Below, piece by piece: positions 10,439 through 19,980 of a stretch of DNA of 64,000 bases (the first letter of the stretch is position 1; each line of letters opens with the position of its first letter). Origin of the DNA: Candidatus Latescibacterota bacterium. GTDB lineage: Bacteria; Latescibacterota; UBA2968. Below the pieces are notes generated by a model. The model was not told the origin of the DNA and ran no database searches. It saw only the letters and a list, made by a program, of their open reading frames with translations. The stretch is taken from NCBI GenBank assembly GCA_965204745.1, contig OZ242010.1:1056001-1120000 (forward strand). Reading direction: 5' to 3'. Position numbers and translations under genes: made by a program.

Positions 10439-10633
10439 TCAGCCTGTCGAGCCAAAGTCGGCGACGAAGATGAGGAAATCGGAGAATCCAATCTCGCCAT
10501 CGCCATCGCACCGGGGGTCATATCGCTCCTGGCCGAGCCGCGAGCCGAACTTATCCGCAAAGGTCAAGAAGTCGGCGAAATTCACATCGCCATCGCCATC
10601 GCTGTCTGTGGCGGTCAGAGAACAGGCTTTCAT
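10439..10633 (-). CDS. 64-aa dockerin/EF-hand-like mini-protein, coupled to the upstream large gene
   Basis: Two D-x-DGDG-x-V/I-x-F-x-DF motifs; ATGA overlap with the stop of the large gene; open paralog at 28744..28938. Confidence 0.6.
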   Translation of the reverse strand: MKACSLTATDSDGDGDVNFADFLTFADKFGSRLGQERYDPRCDGDGEIGFSDFLIFVADFGSTG

Positions 10634-13600
10634 TGGAAGTGGGAGTCGGGATAGAGGCTTCGGATGTAGGGTTCAATGGCTTGAGCGGTCGTGCGCGTAG
10701 CATTTTGCTCGATGACGTTCCCTCTGAGGAGGGCCTCGTTCCGGAAGAAGAGGACATATCGAATGACCAGGATTATATCCGAGAACAGCCTCACATCGCC
10801 ATCGCCATCGCCATCCACATCGAGAACGTTCTGATTGACCAACGTGTCGAGGTAGGGTTCAATTTCTTGAGCGGTCGTGCGCGTGGCAGTTTGCTCGATG
10901 ACGTTCCCTCTGAGGAGGGCCTCGTTCCGGAAGAAGAGGACGTATCGAATGACCAGGATTATATCCGAGAACAATCTCACCCGGCCATCGCCATCCACAT
11001 CCAAGTTGGCACTCGGGGTTTCGTCATCGATAATCGTCCCTGTGCCTTGCGCCGTGCTTATGGTCGCATTGGTCGCACTGCTCAACTCGACGATCACGGT
11101 CTCGTTCTGCTCATCATCCGAGTCGTCGGTCACAGAAACAGCGATAGTCTGGATGGTATCGGTCGCCGCGAAGGTCAGGGTCCCTGCGGTGAGCGCGGTG
11201 TAATCGGTCCCCGAAGTCGCGCTGCCCGTGCCCGCGTCTGCATACGCCACTGTCACCTGTGCCGTGTGCGCCGGGCGTAGGTACACCCGAAAGGTCAGGG
11301 TCGCGCCGGTCGCGCCTTCAATCACGCTTGGCGAACCGATACTCAGCGCAGGCATGCCATCGTCATCGATAATCGTCCCTGTGCCTTGCGCCGTGCCTAT
11401 GGTCGCATTGGTCGCACTGCTCAGCGTCACGATCACGGTCTCGTTCGGCTCATCATCCGTGTCGCCGGTCACAGAAACAGCGATGGTCTGGCTGGTCGTG
11501 GTCGTGCCCGCCGCGAAGGTCAGGGTCCCTGCGGTGAGCGCGGTGTAGTCCGTCCCCGAAGTCGCGGTGCCCGTGCCCGCGTCTGCATACGCCACCGTCA
11601 CCTCCTTGCCGCTCGCCGCATTCAATCTAACGGTGAACGTCAGGGCAGTGCCCTCAACCGCACTCGGCGAACTAATCGAGAACCTCGGTTGCGGGTCATC
11701 ATCGGTGATCGTTATCTCGGTCGGGAGGACCACACTGCCCTGGGCGTTGTCTGCCACAACGGTCACGGTCACGTCGCGATTAAGCTCGTCTTGGGTATTG
11801 TCCACCGCTGTGATGATCACCGTGTCCGACGCGTTCGCCGTGTTCCCGGACGCGATGGTGATCGTCGAATCCGCCGGCACCGTGTAAGCACCCGCCACCG
11901 GGCGCACCGTGATCGTCGTCGCCGCGCTCGATGGACGCGACAGGGTCGCGCTCACCGTTGAAACCTCGCCGTTTTCCGAGATGGACGAGGGCATCAGCAC
12001 CAGCGTCACGTCCGGCGCGGCGTCATCGTCCTCCAGCGTCAATGCCGCCCCGGTCACACTACCCACGCCTTGGGCGTTGCCCGCCACAACGGTCACGGTC
12101 ACGTCGCGATTAGGCGCGTCTTGGGTATTGTCCACCGCTGTGATGACCACCGTGTCCGTCGCGTTCGCGGTTTGCCCGGCTGCGATGGTGATCGTCGAAT
12201 CCGACCCCACGGTATAAGCATCCGCCACCGGGCGCACCGTGATCGTTGTCGCCGCGCTCGACGGACGCGATAGCGACGCCGTGATCGTCGAAACCGCGCC
12301 GTTCTCCGAAATCGTTGCGGGCATCAGCGTCAGTGTCACGTCCGGCGCGGCGTCATCGTCTGTGATCGTCAAAGCCCCGGTCACACTACCCGCGCCTTGG
12401 GCGTTGCTCATCACACCGGACACGGTCACGTTGCGATTAGGCGCGTCTTGGGGATTGTTCACCGCTGTGATGACCACCGTGTCCGTCGCGTTCGCCGTGC
12501 TCCCGGCCGCGATGGTGATCGTCGAATCCGAACCCACCGAGTAAGCATCAGGCACCGGGCGCACTGTGATCGTCGTTGCCGCGCTCGATGAATGCGACAG
12601 CGTCGCCGTGATCGTCGAAACCGCGCCGTTCTCCGAAATCGACGACGGTGACGCCGCCAACGTCGCTGTCGGTGCAGGCTCGTCGTCCTCCAGCGTCAAA
12701 GTTGCCCCGGTCACACTGCCCACGCCTTGGGCGTTGCCCGCCACAAAGGTCACGGTCACGTCGCGATTAGGCGCGTCTTGGGTATTGTTCACCGCTGTGA
12801 TGACCACCGTATCCGACGCGTTCGCGGTTTGCCCGGCCGGTATGGTGATCGTCGAATCCGCCGGCACCGTGTAAGCACCCGCCACCGGGCGCACCGTGAT
12901 CGTCGTGATCGCGCTCGACGGGTGTACCAGCGTCGCGGTCACGGTGCTCATCCCACCGCTTTCCGAGATCGACGAGGGCGTCAGTGCCAACGTCACTCTC
13001 GCGGGTTGAAGCTGAAATTGCACGGTGGTGTCCATGCCTGCATACTTCAAGACCGGATACTGATCCATCGCGCCAAAGGTCCACGGATCGTCGTTGCCGG
13101 CTTGTCCGTCGAGGTTGGCGTTCCAGCCGTAGTAAGTGTCGTTGGTGGTGGCACCGTAGGTGGTCGGACTTTGGAGTTGGGCGGTGGTTCTGCCTGTGCC
13201 GGCGGCGCTGGAGGGCCGATTGCTGGTTGAGGTGTTCCAGTAGCTGTTGGCAACGGTGATATTGCTACGGCCTATTAGCCCGCCGACGCGGGTTGCGGTT
13301 GTCCCGCTGACGTTGCCGATGGAGTATGAGTTTCTAATAGCACCATTGTTAGCACCACGCCCCACAAGCCCTCCGAGGTCTCTGTTCCCGCTGACGGAAG
13401 CGGTGGAGTAGCTAGAGTGGATAAGTGATGCGGAGAGAATGCCCGTGAAGCCTACTAACCCGCCAACAAATTGGCCGCCACTTACCGAGCCGGTGGTGTA
13501 ACAGGCGACGACTTTGCCGTAATTGGTGCCTACTAGAATGCCTGTTTGGTCGCCTCCCGTGACATTGGCGTTGGTTACGCCGAGGGTTTCGATGCGGGAG

Positions 13601-14082
13601 GTACTGTGAATAGCACCGAACAGCCCTTGTCGGCCACTGCGGTTGATGAACAGGTTGTTGATCGTGTAGCCGTTGCCTTTGAAATTGCCTTGGTATCTGT
13701 TTGATTCAGTGCCGATGGGCATCCAGCCTGCGCCGCTGTTCCAGTAGGTGGCGTCTGCTGAGGTGATTCGGCCGTCGCTGTTCTCGTCAAAGTTTAGGCT
13801 CGCCGTTAGTTCGTAGCCGGTGCAGGTAGAGGCGCAACCCATGCCAGTGGCTCGGTTGGGGAATGCGGCGTTGTAGGCAGTCGTATCGGTGGATGTGGCA
13901 CTTGCGTCTATGGCACCATCGCCGTTAACGTCCCAGCGAATGGCGTTGAGCTGGGCGAGGTTGGCGACATCAATGTAGTTGTCGTTGTCGTTGTCGTAGT
14001 CGGTTTGGGCAAACGCCGGCCCCGATGCCATCAGCATGCCCAGCGCGACCAGGGCCAACAAGTGAGCGGATCGGGAGGTCAT
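10630..14082 (-). CDS. Large secreted/surface protein: GLUG-like beta-helix module, 4 Ig-like repeats, 2 Calx-beta, 2 dockerin-like repeats (alternative in-frame start at 14271)
   Basis: Signal peptide (..GPAFA-Q); GGLVG repeats; four ~110-aa SISENG.VSTVTATL repeats; TATSGTDY...GTLTF Calx-beta; two LDVDGDG..LFSDIILVIRY repeats. Confidence 0.88.
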   Translation of the reverse strand: MTSRSAHLLALVALGMLMASGPAFAQTDYDNDNDNYIDVANLAQLNAIRWDVNGDGAIDASATSTDTTAYNAAFPNRATGMGCASTCTGYELTASLNFDENSDGRITSADATYWNSGAGWMPIGTESNRYQGNFKGNGYTINNLFINRSGRQGLFGAIHSTSRIETLGVTNANVTGGDQTGILVGTNYGKVVACYTTGSVSGGQFVGGLVGFTGILSASLIHSSYSTASVSGNRDLGGLVGRGANNGAIRNSYSIGNVSGTTATRVGGLIGRSNITVANSYWNTSTSNRPSSAAGTGRTTAQLQSPTTYGATTNDTYYGWNANLDGQAGNDDPWTFGAMDQYPVLKYAGMDTTVQFQLQPARVTLALTPSSISESGGMSTVTATLVHPSSAITTITVRPVAGAYTVPADSTITIPAGQTANASDTVVITAVNNTQDAPNRDVTVTFVAGNAQGVGSVTGATLTLEDDEPAPTATLAASPSSISENGAVSTITATLSHSSSAATTITVRPVPDAYSVGSDSTITIAAGSTANATDTVVITAVNNPQDAPNRNVTVSGVMSNAQGAGSVTGALTITDDDAAPDVTLTLMPATISENGAVSTITASLSRPSSAATTITVRPVADAYTVGSDSTITIAAGQTANATDTVVITAVDNTQDAPNRDVTVTVVAGNAQGVGSVTGAALTLEDDDAAPDVTLVLMPSSISENGEVSTVSATLSRPSSAATTITVRPVAGAYTVPADSTITIASGNTANASDTVIITAVDNTQDELNRDVTVTVVADNAQGSVVLPTEITITDDDPQPRFSISSPSAVEGTALTFTVRLNAASGKEVTVAYADAGTGTATSGTDYTALTAGTLTFAAGTTTTSQTIAVSVTGDTDDEPNETVIVTLSSATNATIGTAQGTGTIIDDDGMPALSIGSPSVIEGATGATLTFRVYLRPAHTAQVTVAYADAGTGSATSGTDYTALTAGTLTFAATDTIQTIAVSVTDDSDDEQNETVIVELSSATNATISTAQGTGTIIDDETPSANLDVDGDGRVRLFSDIILVIRYVLFFRNEALLRGNVIEQTATRTTAQEIEPYLDTLVNQNVLDVDGDGDGDVRLFSDIILVIRYVLFFRNEALLRGNVIEQNATRTTAQAIEPYIRSLYPDSHFQ

Positions 14083-14099
14083 TTTGTCGCTCCTCCCGA

Positions 14100-14119
14100 G
14101 GGGGGGGGGGGGGGGGGGG
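14100..14119. repeat. G20 homopolymer (C20 on the coding strand)
   Basis: 20 consecutive G, 18 nt upstream of ATG 14082. Confidence 0.85.
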
Positions 14120-14353
14120 AGGTACACTGTACTGATCATCCTAACAGATTGTTTTGCAATGAAATAGAACCACACGCCAAGACGAGAATCGGCGACATGA
14201 ACCCCTCTTTTCTCAGGAGAACGGTGGCCTCCAAACAGGTTTGAACAACGTTGAAAAATGGCGGTCAACATACAAAACCTCCTGAAAAAATATAACGAGT
14301 TGTGCAGGCATGGCTTTTGCCTGCGGGAAAATAAATAACGATGGTGGAGGACA

Positions 14354-14383
14354 AGTTTAAGGTACCACGCCGTTGCTTGTCAA
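14354..14383 (-). promoter_or_regulatory. Sigma70-type promoter of the surface-protein gene
   Basis: Minus strand TTGACA-N18-TAAACT; conserved in the paralog at 23991-24020. Confidence 0.55.
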
Positions 14384-14393
14384 GGGAATTTTG

Positions 14394-14692
14394 GACCTAC
14401 CCCCCTAGCCCCCCTTCCTGCGAGGAAGGGGGGAACTGTGAGTGGTTTTGCGAGGGGAATGGCGAGAGGTTTTTTTGGGTTCATGGCATTATCCATTCGC
14501 GCAAAGCCATCAAAGCAGCTAGGGATACAAACCTTCAAGAAAGCCATGTGCTCCCCCTTTCCTCGTAGGCACAGGCGTAGCTTACAATGAGCGAAGCGAA
14601 TAACGGGGGCCGGGGGGATAGGGCTATGGCGGTAGGGTGGTGTGGGGTAATCCGCGCAATCCTCTAATCCGTTTAATCCGTGATTCAGACAC
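14394..14692 (+). repeat. Palindromic MITE/REPIN-like element plus AATCCG-repeat unit
   Basis: ACCTACCCCCCTAGCCCCCTTCCT...GGGGCCGGGGGATAGG ends and a shared core ATCCATTCGC.CAAAGCCATCA; copies at ~23780-23981, ~29008-29335, ~43787-43975. Confidence 0.75.
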
Positions 14693-14719
14693 GGTTGGGT
14701 GGCGAGGTGAGGCCGCACG

Positions 14720-14858
14720 GTCAGATTTGGCTATTCAAACGGCGTTGATGCTACGCTTGGTCTATGCCTTGCCCCTGCGTCAAACCGAGGGGTTTCTCAC
14801 GTCCATCCTGGCGTTGATGGGGGTGGATTTGCGCGTGCCCGATCACACGACCCTCTGC
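14720..14858 (+). pseudogene. IS5-family (IS903-group-like) transposase fragment
   Basis: SDLAIQTALMLRLVYALPLRQTEGFLTSILALMGVDLRVPDHTTL matches the N-terminal motif recalled for this family; no DDE core present. Confidence 0.75.
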
Positions 14859-14943
14859 GACAACATTTATGCAACAACGCCACTGATAACTGACAACTGA
14901 CTACTTGGGGTTGGGTCTTAGGGGCCGGGCGGCCTATACCTCG

Positions 14944-15027
14944 CCTCTCGCCTCTCGCCTCTTGCCTCTTGCCTCTTGCCTCTTGCCTCTTGCCTCTTGC
15001 CTCTTGCCTCTCGCCTCTCACCTCTCA
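14944..15027. repeat. Heptamer tandem array (CCTCTYG)n, about 12 units
   Basis: Direct reading; same unit at 10335-10361, 56962 and 57212. Confidence 0.9.
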
Positions 15028-15034
15028 CCGGGTC

Positions 15035-16846
15035 TTAGGGGCCAGGCGGCGGCAAATACTTCAAAAACCACGCCAGCGTCCGCCGCGCACTGTCGCGCCG
15101 GGTATTGGCATTGCGAAAGCCGTGCCCCTCGCCCGGATAGACCACCAGCCCCACCGGCACGCCCAACGCCTCCAATACGCGGTACGTGACTTTGGATTCC
15201 GACAGGGGACAGATTGGATCGCGGTCCCCGTGTAGCAACAAAAGCGGTGCGCGAATCGCGCCCAAGTGCGGAAACACATCGCTGATGCGCGTGCGTTCTG
15301 TAATCGGCCATGAGATCGGTTGCAGGTATTCGGTCTCATAGGTAAAATCGCCCGTCTCGAGCGTCATGCGGCGGATGTCGATAAAGCCGTACAGCGCGAC
15401 CCCTGCGCGAAAGCGATCCGTTGTCGCCAGGGCCTGCAAGGTCAGATATCCTCCGTAAGACCCCCCGAAAATGCCCACCTGATTCGGCGTTGCAATGCCT
15501 TCATCGATCAAAAAATCCACGCCCGAAATGATGTCGTGGAGATCGGCCCGGCCTTGGCAACCGATATTGCCCCGCGCAAAATCGTCGCCAAATCCCAACG
15601 AGCCGCGAAATGCCGGGCGAAAAACCCGGTACCCGGCGCGGAGCAGGTGGCGATAGCGCGCCGCCTCACTCCGCACATTTTCCACGGGCGCGGCCGGGCC
15701 TCCGTGCGCGGAAACGAGCAGGGGCGCGGGCCTTGGCGTATCATCGGCTTCGTAGAGCACGCCTGCGATAGGCCAGGCATCTGGGGCTTTCCACGCGAGT
15801 TGCGACACGCGCAAGCCCTCGCAATTTTCCGGCTGGGGCAAGGGGATGCGGCGAGTCCCCGTCCAAATTGCGGGAAAACGCTCGCGGTCTTCGGTTTCAA
15901 AAACGGCCCGCCCATCGCGCATCCAAACGATGTCTGATACCGCGTCCAATTCGCCGACTGGGGCACCGTCTAAGTCCAGCACTTTTGTGTGGATTTCCAA
16001 GCCCTGCACAACGGACACCCACGCGGTTTTTTCCCGATGCCCCCAGCCGAATCGCGCCACGCATTGCCCGCCTTTGGTGAGGTTCGTCCGCTCGTTGCCA
16101 TCCCATGACGCCCACCACACGTCCGCGTGCGTAGTGATGGGATACTCGGCTTCATAATTGGCTTCGTAGAGATAGCCCGATCCGTCTGTTGCCATGGTTA
16201 TGCGACCCGCTTTGCCCGCGCCCTCGGTCAGGCGGCGCGCTTCGCCCGCGTCCAAATCGAAGCCGCAAAACTCTGCGCGTTGCGCTTCTTCGGGCACCAC
16301 ATTGAGGGGTTCGCGCCACGCGATTCTGCGGCCGTTCCGGCACATGCTCAACCCGTTGCATCCCGCTACCACTTGGGCGAGATCGCGCCATCCCTCGGTT
16401 GACGCATATCGACACAGGGTTATCTCGCCTCGCGGTGCCGGATAACAATAGGGCGCGTCCGGATCGACGCTCGGGCGTCTGTCCACCAACGCGACCACGA
16501 TCAGCCCTTGCGCGTGCCATCTGACATCGCAGGAAACCGCGCCCTTGGGCAGGTCGAGCAACCGCGCCTTGTCGCCCGCCAAATCGACCCGCCAAATCGC
16601 GCCTTCGGATTCGACCAACGCGCAGTGTTCATCCCCCGGTCTTATGCTAGCCACAGACTCGAATCCCTCTATCGGCGCGAGCGCGTCACTGTTTGCCGTC
16701 AACTTGAACAGCTGAGCTTGCGCCCGCCCACTCAATGCGACGAACACGACCTCGTCCCCCACGCGCACCATACCTTGAACGCGCCTGAGATCCAAATCCG
16801 GATCGGTCAGCCGATCCAAATGCGATGGCAACTTGACTTTATCCAT
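15035..16846 (-). CDS. S9 family (prolyl oligopeptidase/acylaminoacyl) peptidase
   Basis: HGGP, GGSYGG, HGDRD and YPGEGHG catalytic motifs; N-terminal propeller. Confidence 0.9.
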   Translation of the reverse strand: MDKVKLPSHLDRLTDPDLDLRRVQGMVRVGDEVVFVALSGRAQAQLFKLTANSDALAPIEGFESVASIRPGDEHCALVESEGAIWRVDLAGDKARLLDLPKGAVSCDVRWHAQGLIVVALVDRRPSVDPDAPYCYPAPRGEITLCRYASTEGWRDLAQVVAGCNGLSMCRNGRRIAWREPLNVVPEEAQRAEFCGFDLDAGEARRLTEGAGKAGRITMATDGSGYLYEANYEAEYPITTHADVWWASWDGNERTNLTKGGQCVARFGWGHREKTAWVSVVQGLEIHTKVLDLDGAPVGELDAVSDIVWMRDGRAVFETEDRERFPAIWTGTRRIPLPQPENCEGLRVSQLAWKAPDAWPIAGVLYEADDTPRPAPLLVSAHGGPAAPVENVRSEAARYRHLLRAGYRVFRPAFRGSLGFGDDFARGNIGCQGRADLHDIISGVDFLIDEGIATPNQVGIFGGSYGGYLTLQALATTDRFRAGVALYGFIDIRRMTLETGDFTYETEYLQPISWPITERTRISDVFPHLGAIRAPLLLLHGDRDPICPLSESKVTYRVLEALGVPVGLVVYPGEGHGFRNANTRRDSARRTLAWFLKYLPPPGP

Positions 16847-16895
16847 AACGACGACCTTTTATTTTTCTACACGAAGGGACGACTGCGACAGCGGT

Positions 16896-17477
16896 TCAGT
16901 GGTTCTGTTCATTGCGAATTGAACACTTATTTTGTCTAGCCAAACTCCGTGCCCCATCGTAGAAATTTTGAAACGAATCTGATCCCGCAATCCATGCTTT
17001 CAATGATGCTCGTGCGACATAATCCCGGACACGCGCTTTTGCGTCCTGTTTCTGATCTCGGTTGGTCAACCCGAAACCCTGTTTGACAAAACGAGAAGGG
17101 TTATCACTTGGAATATCCTCCACACGACACTCGAATTCACGCGCGAGCGCGCCTCGGTCAATTGCCAGCCAGCATTCGATGTTTCGAGCCGCCACGCCAA
17201 ATAGGGTCAAATGCTCATAGTCTGTGGGAATTTTAGCTGATTCGCGCTTTTTGACATCCTGCCACTTGTTTGTGTCTGCATCTGTTAAAACAACCAAAAT
17301 ATCACACCCTTCGTATTTCAGAGCCCGTAATGATTTGGAAATCTCCCGTTTGAAAGATTCACCCGAAGTACCGCGAAACTTCCCCGGTGCCAATTCTGCA
17401 TCGGGGCACCAGCGTTGTGCCAATCCCCAAATAACGGCTTCATCAGCATCGCCCTGCACATAATACCCGATCTTCAT
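16896..17477 (-). CDS. Putative Toprim-like (DUF4276/RloB-like) partner of the AAA ATPase
   Basis: VQGDAD...LTDAD...NIECWL; 4-nt overlap with the ATPase stop. Confidence 0.55.
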   Translation of the reverse strand: MKIGYYVQGDADEAVIWGLAQRWCPDAELAPGKFRGTSGESFKREISKSLRALKYEGCDILVVLTDADTNKWQDVKKRESAKIPTDYEHLTLFGVAARNIECWLAIDRGALAREFECRVEDIPSDNPSRFVKQGFGLTNRDQKQDAKARVRDYVARASLKAWIAGSDSFQNFYDGARSLARQNKCSIRNEQNH

Positions 17478-18610
17478 CTCAACAGCTCCCGGAAATGCTG
17501 CTCACCCAAGGGAAAATGTTCAAGGCGCGCCTTCACATCATCGACATTCGGTTGCGTAATTGACGTGTGCTGTTCGCCTTGATGGAGCACAAAAATGCCG
17601 TCCAAATACTCGTCGAAAAGGTCAAGAAAATAAGGCGCGTGCGATGTAAAAACGAGTTGAGCGCGAACAGGAGGCTGGCTCGCCATCTCGAGTAGTGTTT
17701 TTAGAACATCGACATAGATGCCATTTTCAGGCTCTTCGATCATGAGCAAAGGACGCGAATCCGGTGTCGGTTGAATCAGCAAAATATACGCGAGGGCCAA
17801 AAAACGCAGGGTACCACTCGAGGCATTCCCCGCGGTCAAAGAATGTCCATCAGAATCTACAAAAAACATAGAATCGGGTTTGGGTTCGATCTCCCGGACG
17901 ACCTCTAGCAACGTGCGATATTTTCGCTCATCGCTGGTCTCCAACCGATACAGCACCGAGACGAGGTTGCTGCCATCTCTCTTCAGCAAAATTTCATCGG
18001 GCTTGAAGTCCGCACCTCTCATTGCCGTTGGCGAAAGGTCGTAACAGATCCAGTTGTTCAGATAGCGTTTGAAGCAATGGGCGCGTGCATGGTTTTTGAA
18101 ACCGTAGAGACATTGCACCAGCGTCGTTTCTCTGGGCACAGTTGTTTCAACATAACTCTCCGTTCCGGCCATAAATTTTTTTTCATCCAAAATTCGACTC
18201 TGGCCAGAGATATTTTCGAGCAAGATGGTTTTGTCAAATTTTCCACCCGTAACCGTCAACCGTTCAACCTCAACCCTGACATGGGCTTCGCCAACCGGGT
18301 TCTGCGGCGGCGAAATGGTCAGTTCATATTCAAAAACCAAATTTTCTCGTTCGCAAGGCACCTGTGCTCGGACGTAAAAATCAATGGTGGATTTATCAAA
18401 TGCGAAATTGGTCATCCCAAACAACCCGCCCGCAATCCATTCTGCACACGCATTGAGCGGGGAAAGGGAACTGCTCCCCACAAATTGCAACGCCTGGCAG
18501 AGATTGGTCTTGCCGGAATTGTTCCTGCCGAGCAGCAGATTGATTTCCTGCGGCTGAAATACAATGTTGATCAAAGACTTAAAATTATCGACTCGAAATT
18601 CCCGCAACAT
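17474..18610 (-). CDS. ABC-type AAA ATPase (AAA_15/AAA_21-like)
   Basis: VDNFKSL, GRNNSGKTN, SSGTLR, IEEPENG, TSHAP; GAGGAGG RBS. Confidence 0.85.
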   Translation of the reverse strand: MLREFRVDNFKSLINIVFQPQEINLLLGRNNSGKTNLCQALQFVGSSSLSPLNACAEWIAGGLFGMTNFAFDKSTIDFYVRAQVPCERENLVFEYELTISPPQNPVGEAHVRVEVERLTVTGGKFDKTILLENISGQSRILDEKKFMAGTESYVETTVPRETTLVQCLYGFKNHARAHCFKRYLNNWICYDLSPTAMRGADFKPDEILLKRDGSNLVSVLYRLETSDERKYRTLLEVVREIEPKPDSMFFVDSDGHSLTAGNASSGTLRFLALAYILLIQPTPDSRPLLMIEEPENGIYVDVLKTLLEMASQPPVRAQLVFTSHAPYFLDLFDEYLDGIFVLHQGEQHTSITQPNVDDVKARLEHFPLGEQHFRELLR

Positions 18611-18846
18611 CGCAAGCCTCCTCAATTCGCCGATGAACTGCTACGCTACGCTCAGAATGACAGGGCAATCGCCCTCCAAGATACCGCGAGACCTCGATAT
18701 ATGCAACCGCACAATGCACGGGTCGCGGCACAATCCCTTTCTTCTTGTGTTCAGAGACGAAATTTTGTTATCCTCTCTCACAAAGCCGAGAGGAGATCGC
18801 TGGGGGTCGGAGCGGTGGCCTTTTCTTTTTATGAAAGGAGTTTCCC

Positions 18847-19980
18847 TTGAAAATTACCGATGTTGAGACCATTCGCTTTGCGTACGTCGCCAATACCGAG
18901 CGCGACAGCGATGGGCATGGGCATCCGGGGCCGGAACGCGAAGCCGTTCAGACCTTGCTCAAAATTTCGACCGACGAGGATGTGTGCGGCTACTGGTTTG
19001 GCGCGCAGGCAGACGTGATCCACCGCGTGGTCAAGCCCGCATTGCTCGGCGAAGACCCGTTTATGCGCGAAAAGATCTGGCGCGACCTCAACCACCGCCA
19101 ACGCCTCAACTTGGGCACATTGTCAGACAAGGTGATCATGGCGGTTGACCTCGCGTTGTGGGACTTGGCCGGGCGTGCGGTCGGTCAGCCGGTTTACAAA
19201 TTGCTCGGCGGGTACCGGGACAAAGTGCCCGCGTACGCATCGACCATGTGCGGCGACGACCTCGAAGGCGGGTTGGGCACGCCCGAGGATTATGCGCGAT
19301 TCGCCGAATGGTGCATGAAGCGCGGCTATCCCGCGTTCAAACTCCACACATGGCAGCCGCCCTACAAAGGCGCGCCGAGTGTCGAGCGCGATCTCGAAGC
19401 CTGCGCTGCGGTGCGCGACGCGGTCGGCCCTGACGTGCCGCTCATGCTCGACCCGTATCACTATTACGATCGAGAAGCCGCGCTCGCCTTGGCCAAAGGG
19501 CTTGAAAAACTCGACTACTACTGGATGGAAGAACCGATGGACGAACACAGCATGTCGTCTTATGTGTGGCTGTGCGAGCAAACGCATCTGCCGATCTGCG
19601 GCCCGGAAACGTGCGAGGGCAAAATGTATGTGCGCGCCGAGTGGATCAAAGCCGGCGCGTGCGATATTTCTCGTTGCGGCGTGGGCGATGTGGGCGGGTT
19701 GACGCCCTTGATGAAAACCGTTCACCTGTGCGAATCCTTTGGCATGCGCTGCGAAATCCACGGCGGCGGACCCGGGAATTTGCACGCCTTGTGCGCCATG
19801 TCCAACGGCGAATTTTACGAGCGCGGCCTCCTCCATCCCTTCATCGACTTTGACAAACCCGCGCCGTGGCTGAATGAACACGGAGAGCCGATGGATGACA
19901 AGGGCTTTGTTCGCGTTCCCCAAAGGCCGGGGTTGGGCATGAATATCAACTGGGCGTATATCGAAAAAAACAAAGTGTGA
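18847..19980 (+). CDS. Mandelate racemase/muconate lactonizing (enolase superfamily) enzyme
   Basis: AVDLALWDLAG, KLH, MLDP, WMEEP, GPE, PGLG; AAGGAG RBS with TTG start. Confidence 0.9.
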   Translation: MKITDVETIRFAYVANTERDSDGHGHPGPEREAVQTLLKISTDEDVCGYWFGAQADVIHRVVKPALLGEDPFMREKIWRDLNHRQRLNLGTLSDKVIMAVDLALWDLAGRAVGQPVYKLLGGYRDKVPAYASTMCGDDLEGGLGTPEDYARFAEWCMKRGYPAFKLHTWQPPYKGAPSVERDLEACAAVRDAVGPDVPLMLDPYHYYDREAALALAKGLEKLDYYWMEEPMDEHSMSSYVWLCEQTHLPICGPETCEGKMYVRAEWIKAGACDISRCGVGDVGGLTPLMKTVHLCESFGMRCEIHGGGPGNLHALCAMSNGEFYERGLLHPFIDFDKPAPWLNEHGEPMDDKGFVRVPQRPGLGMNINWAYIEKNKV

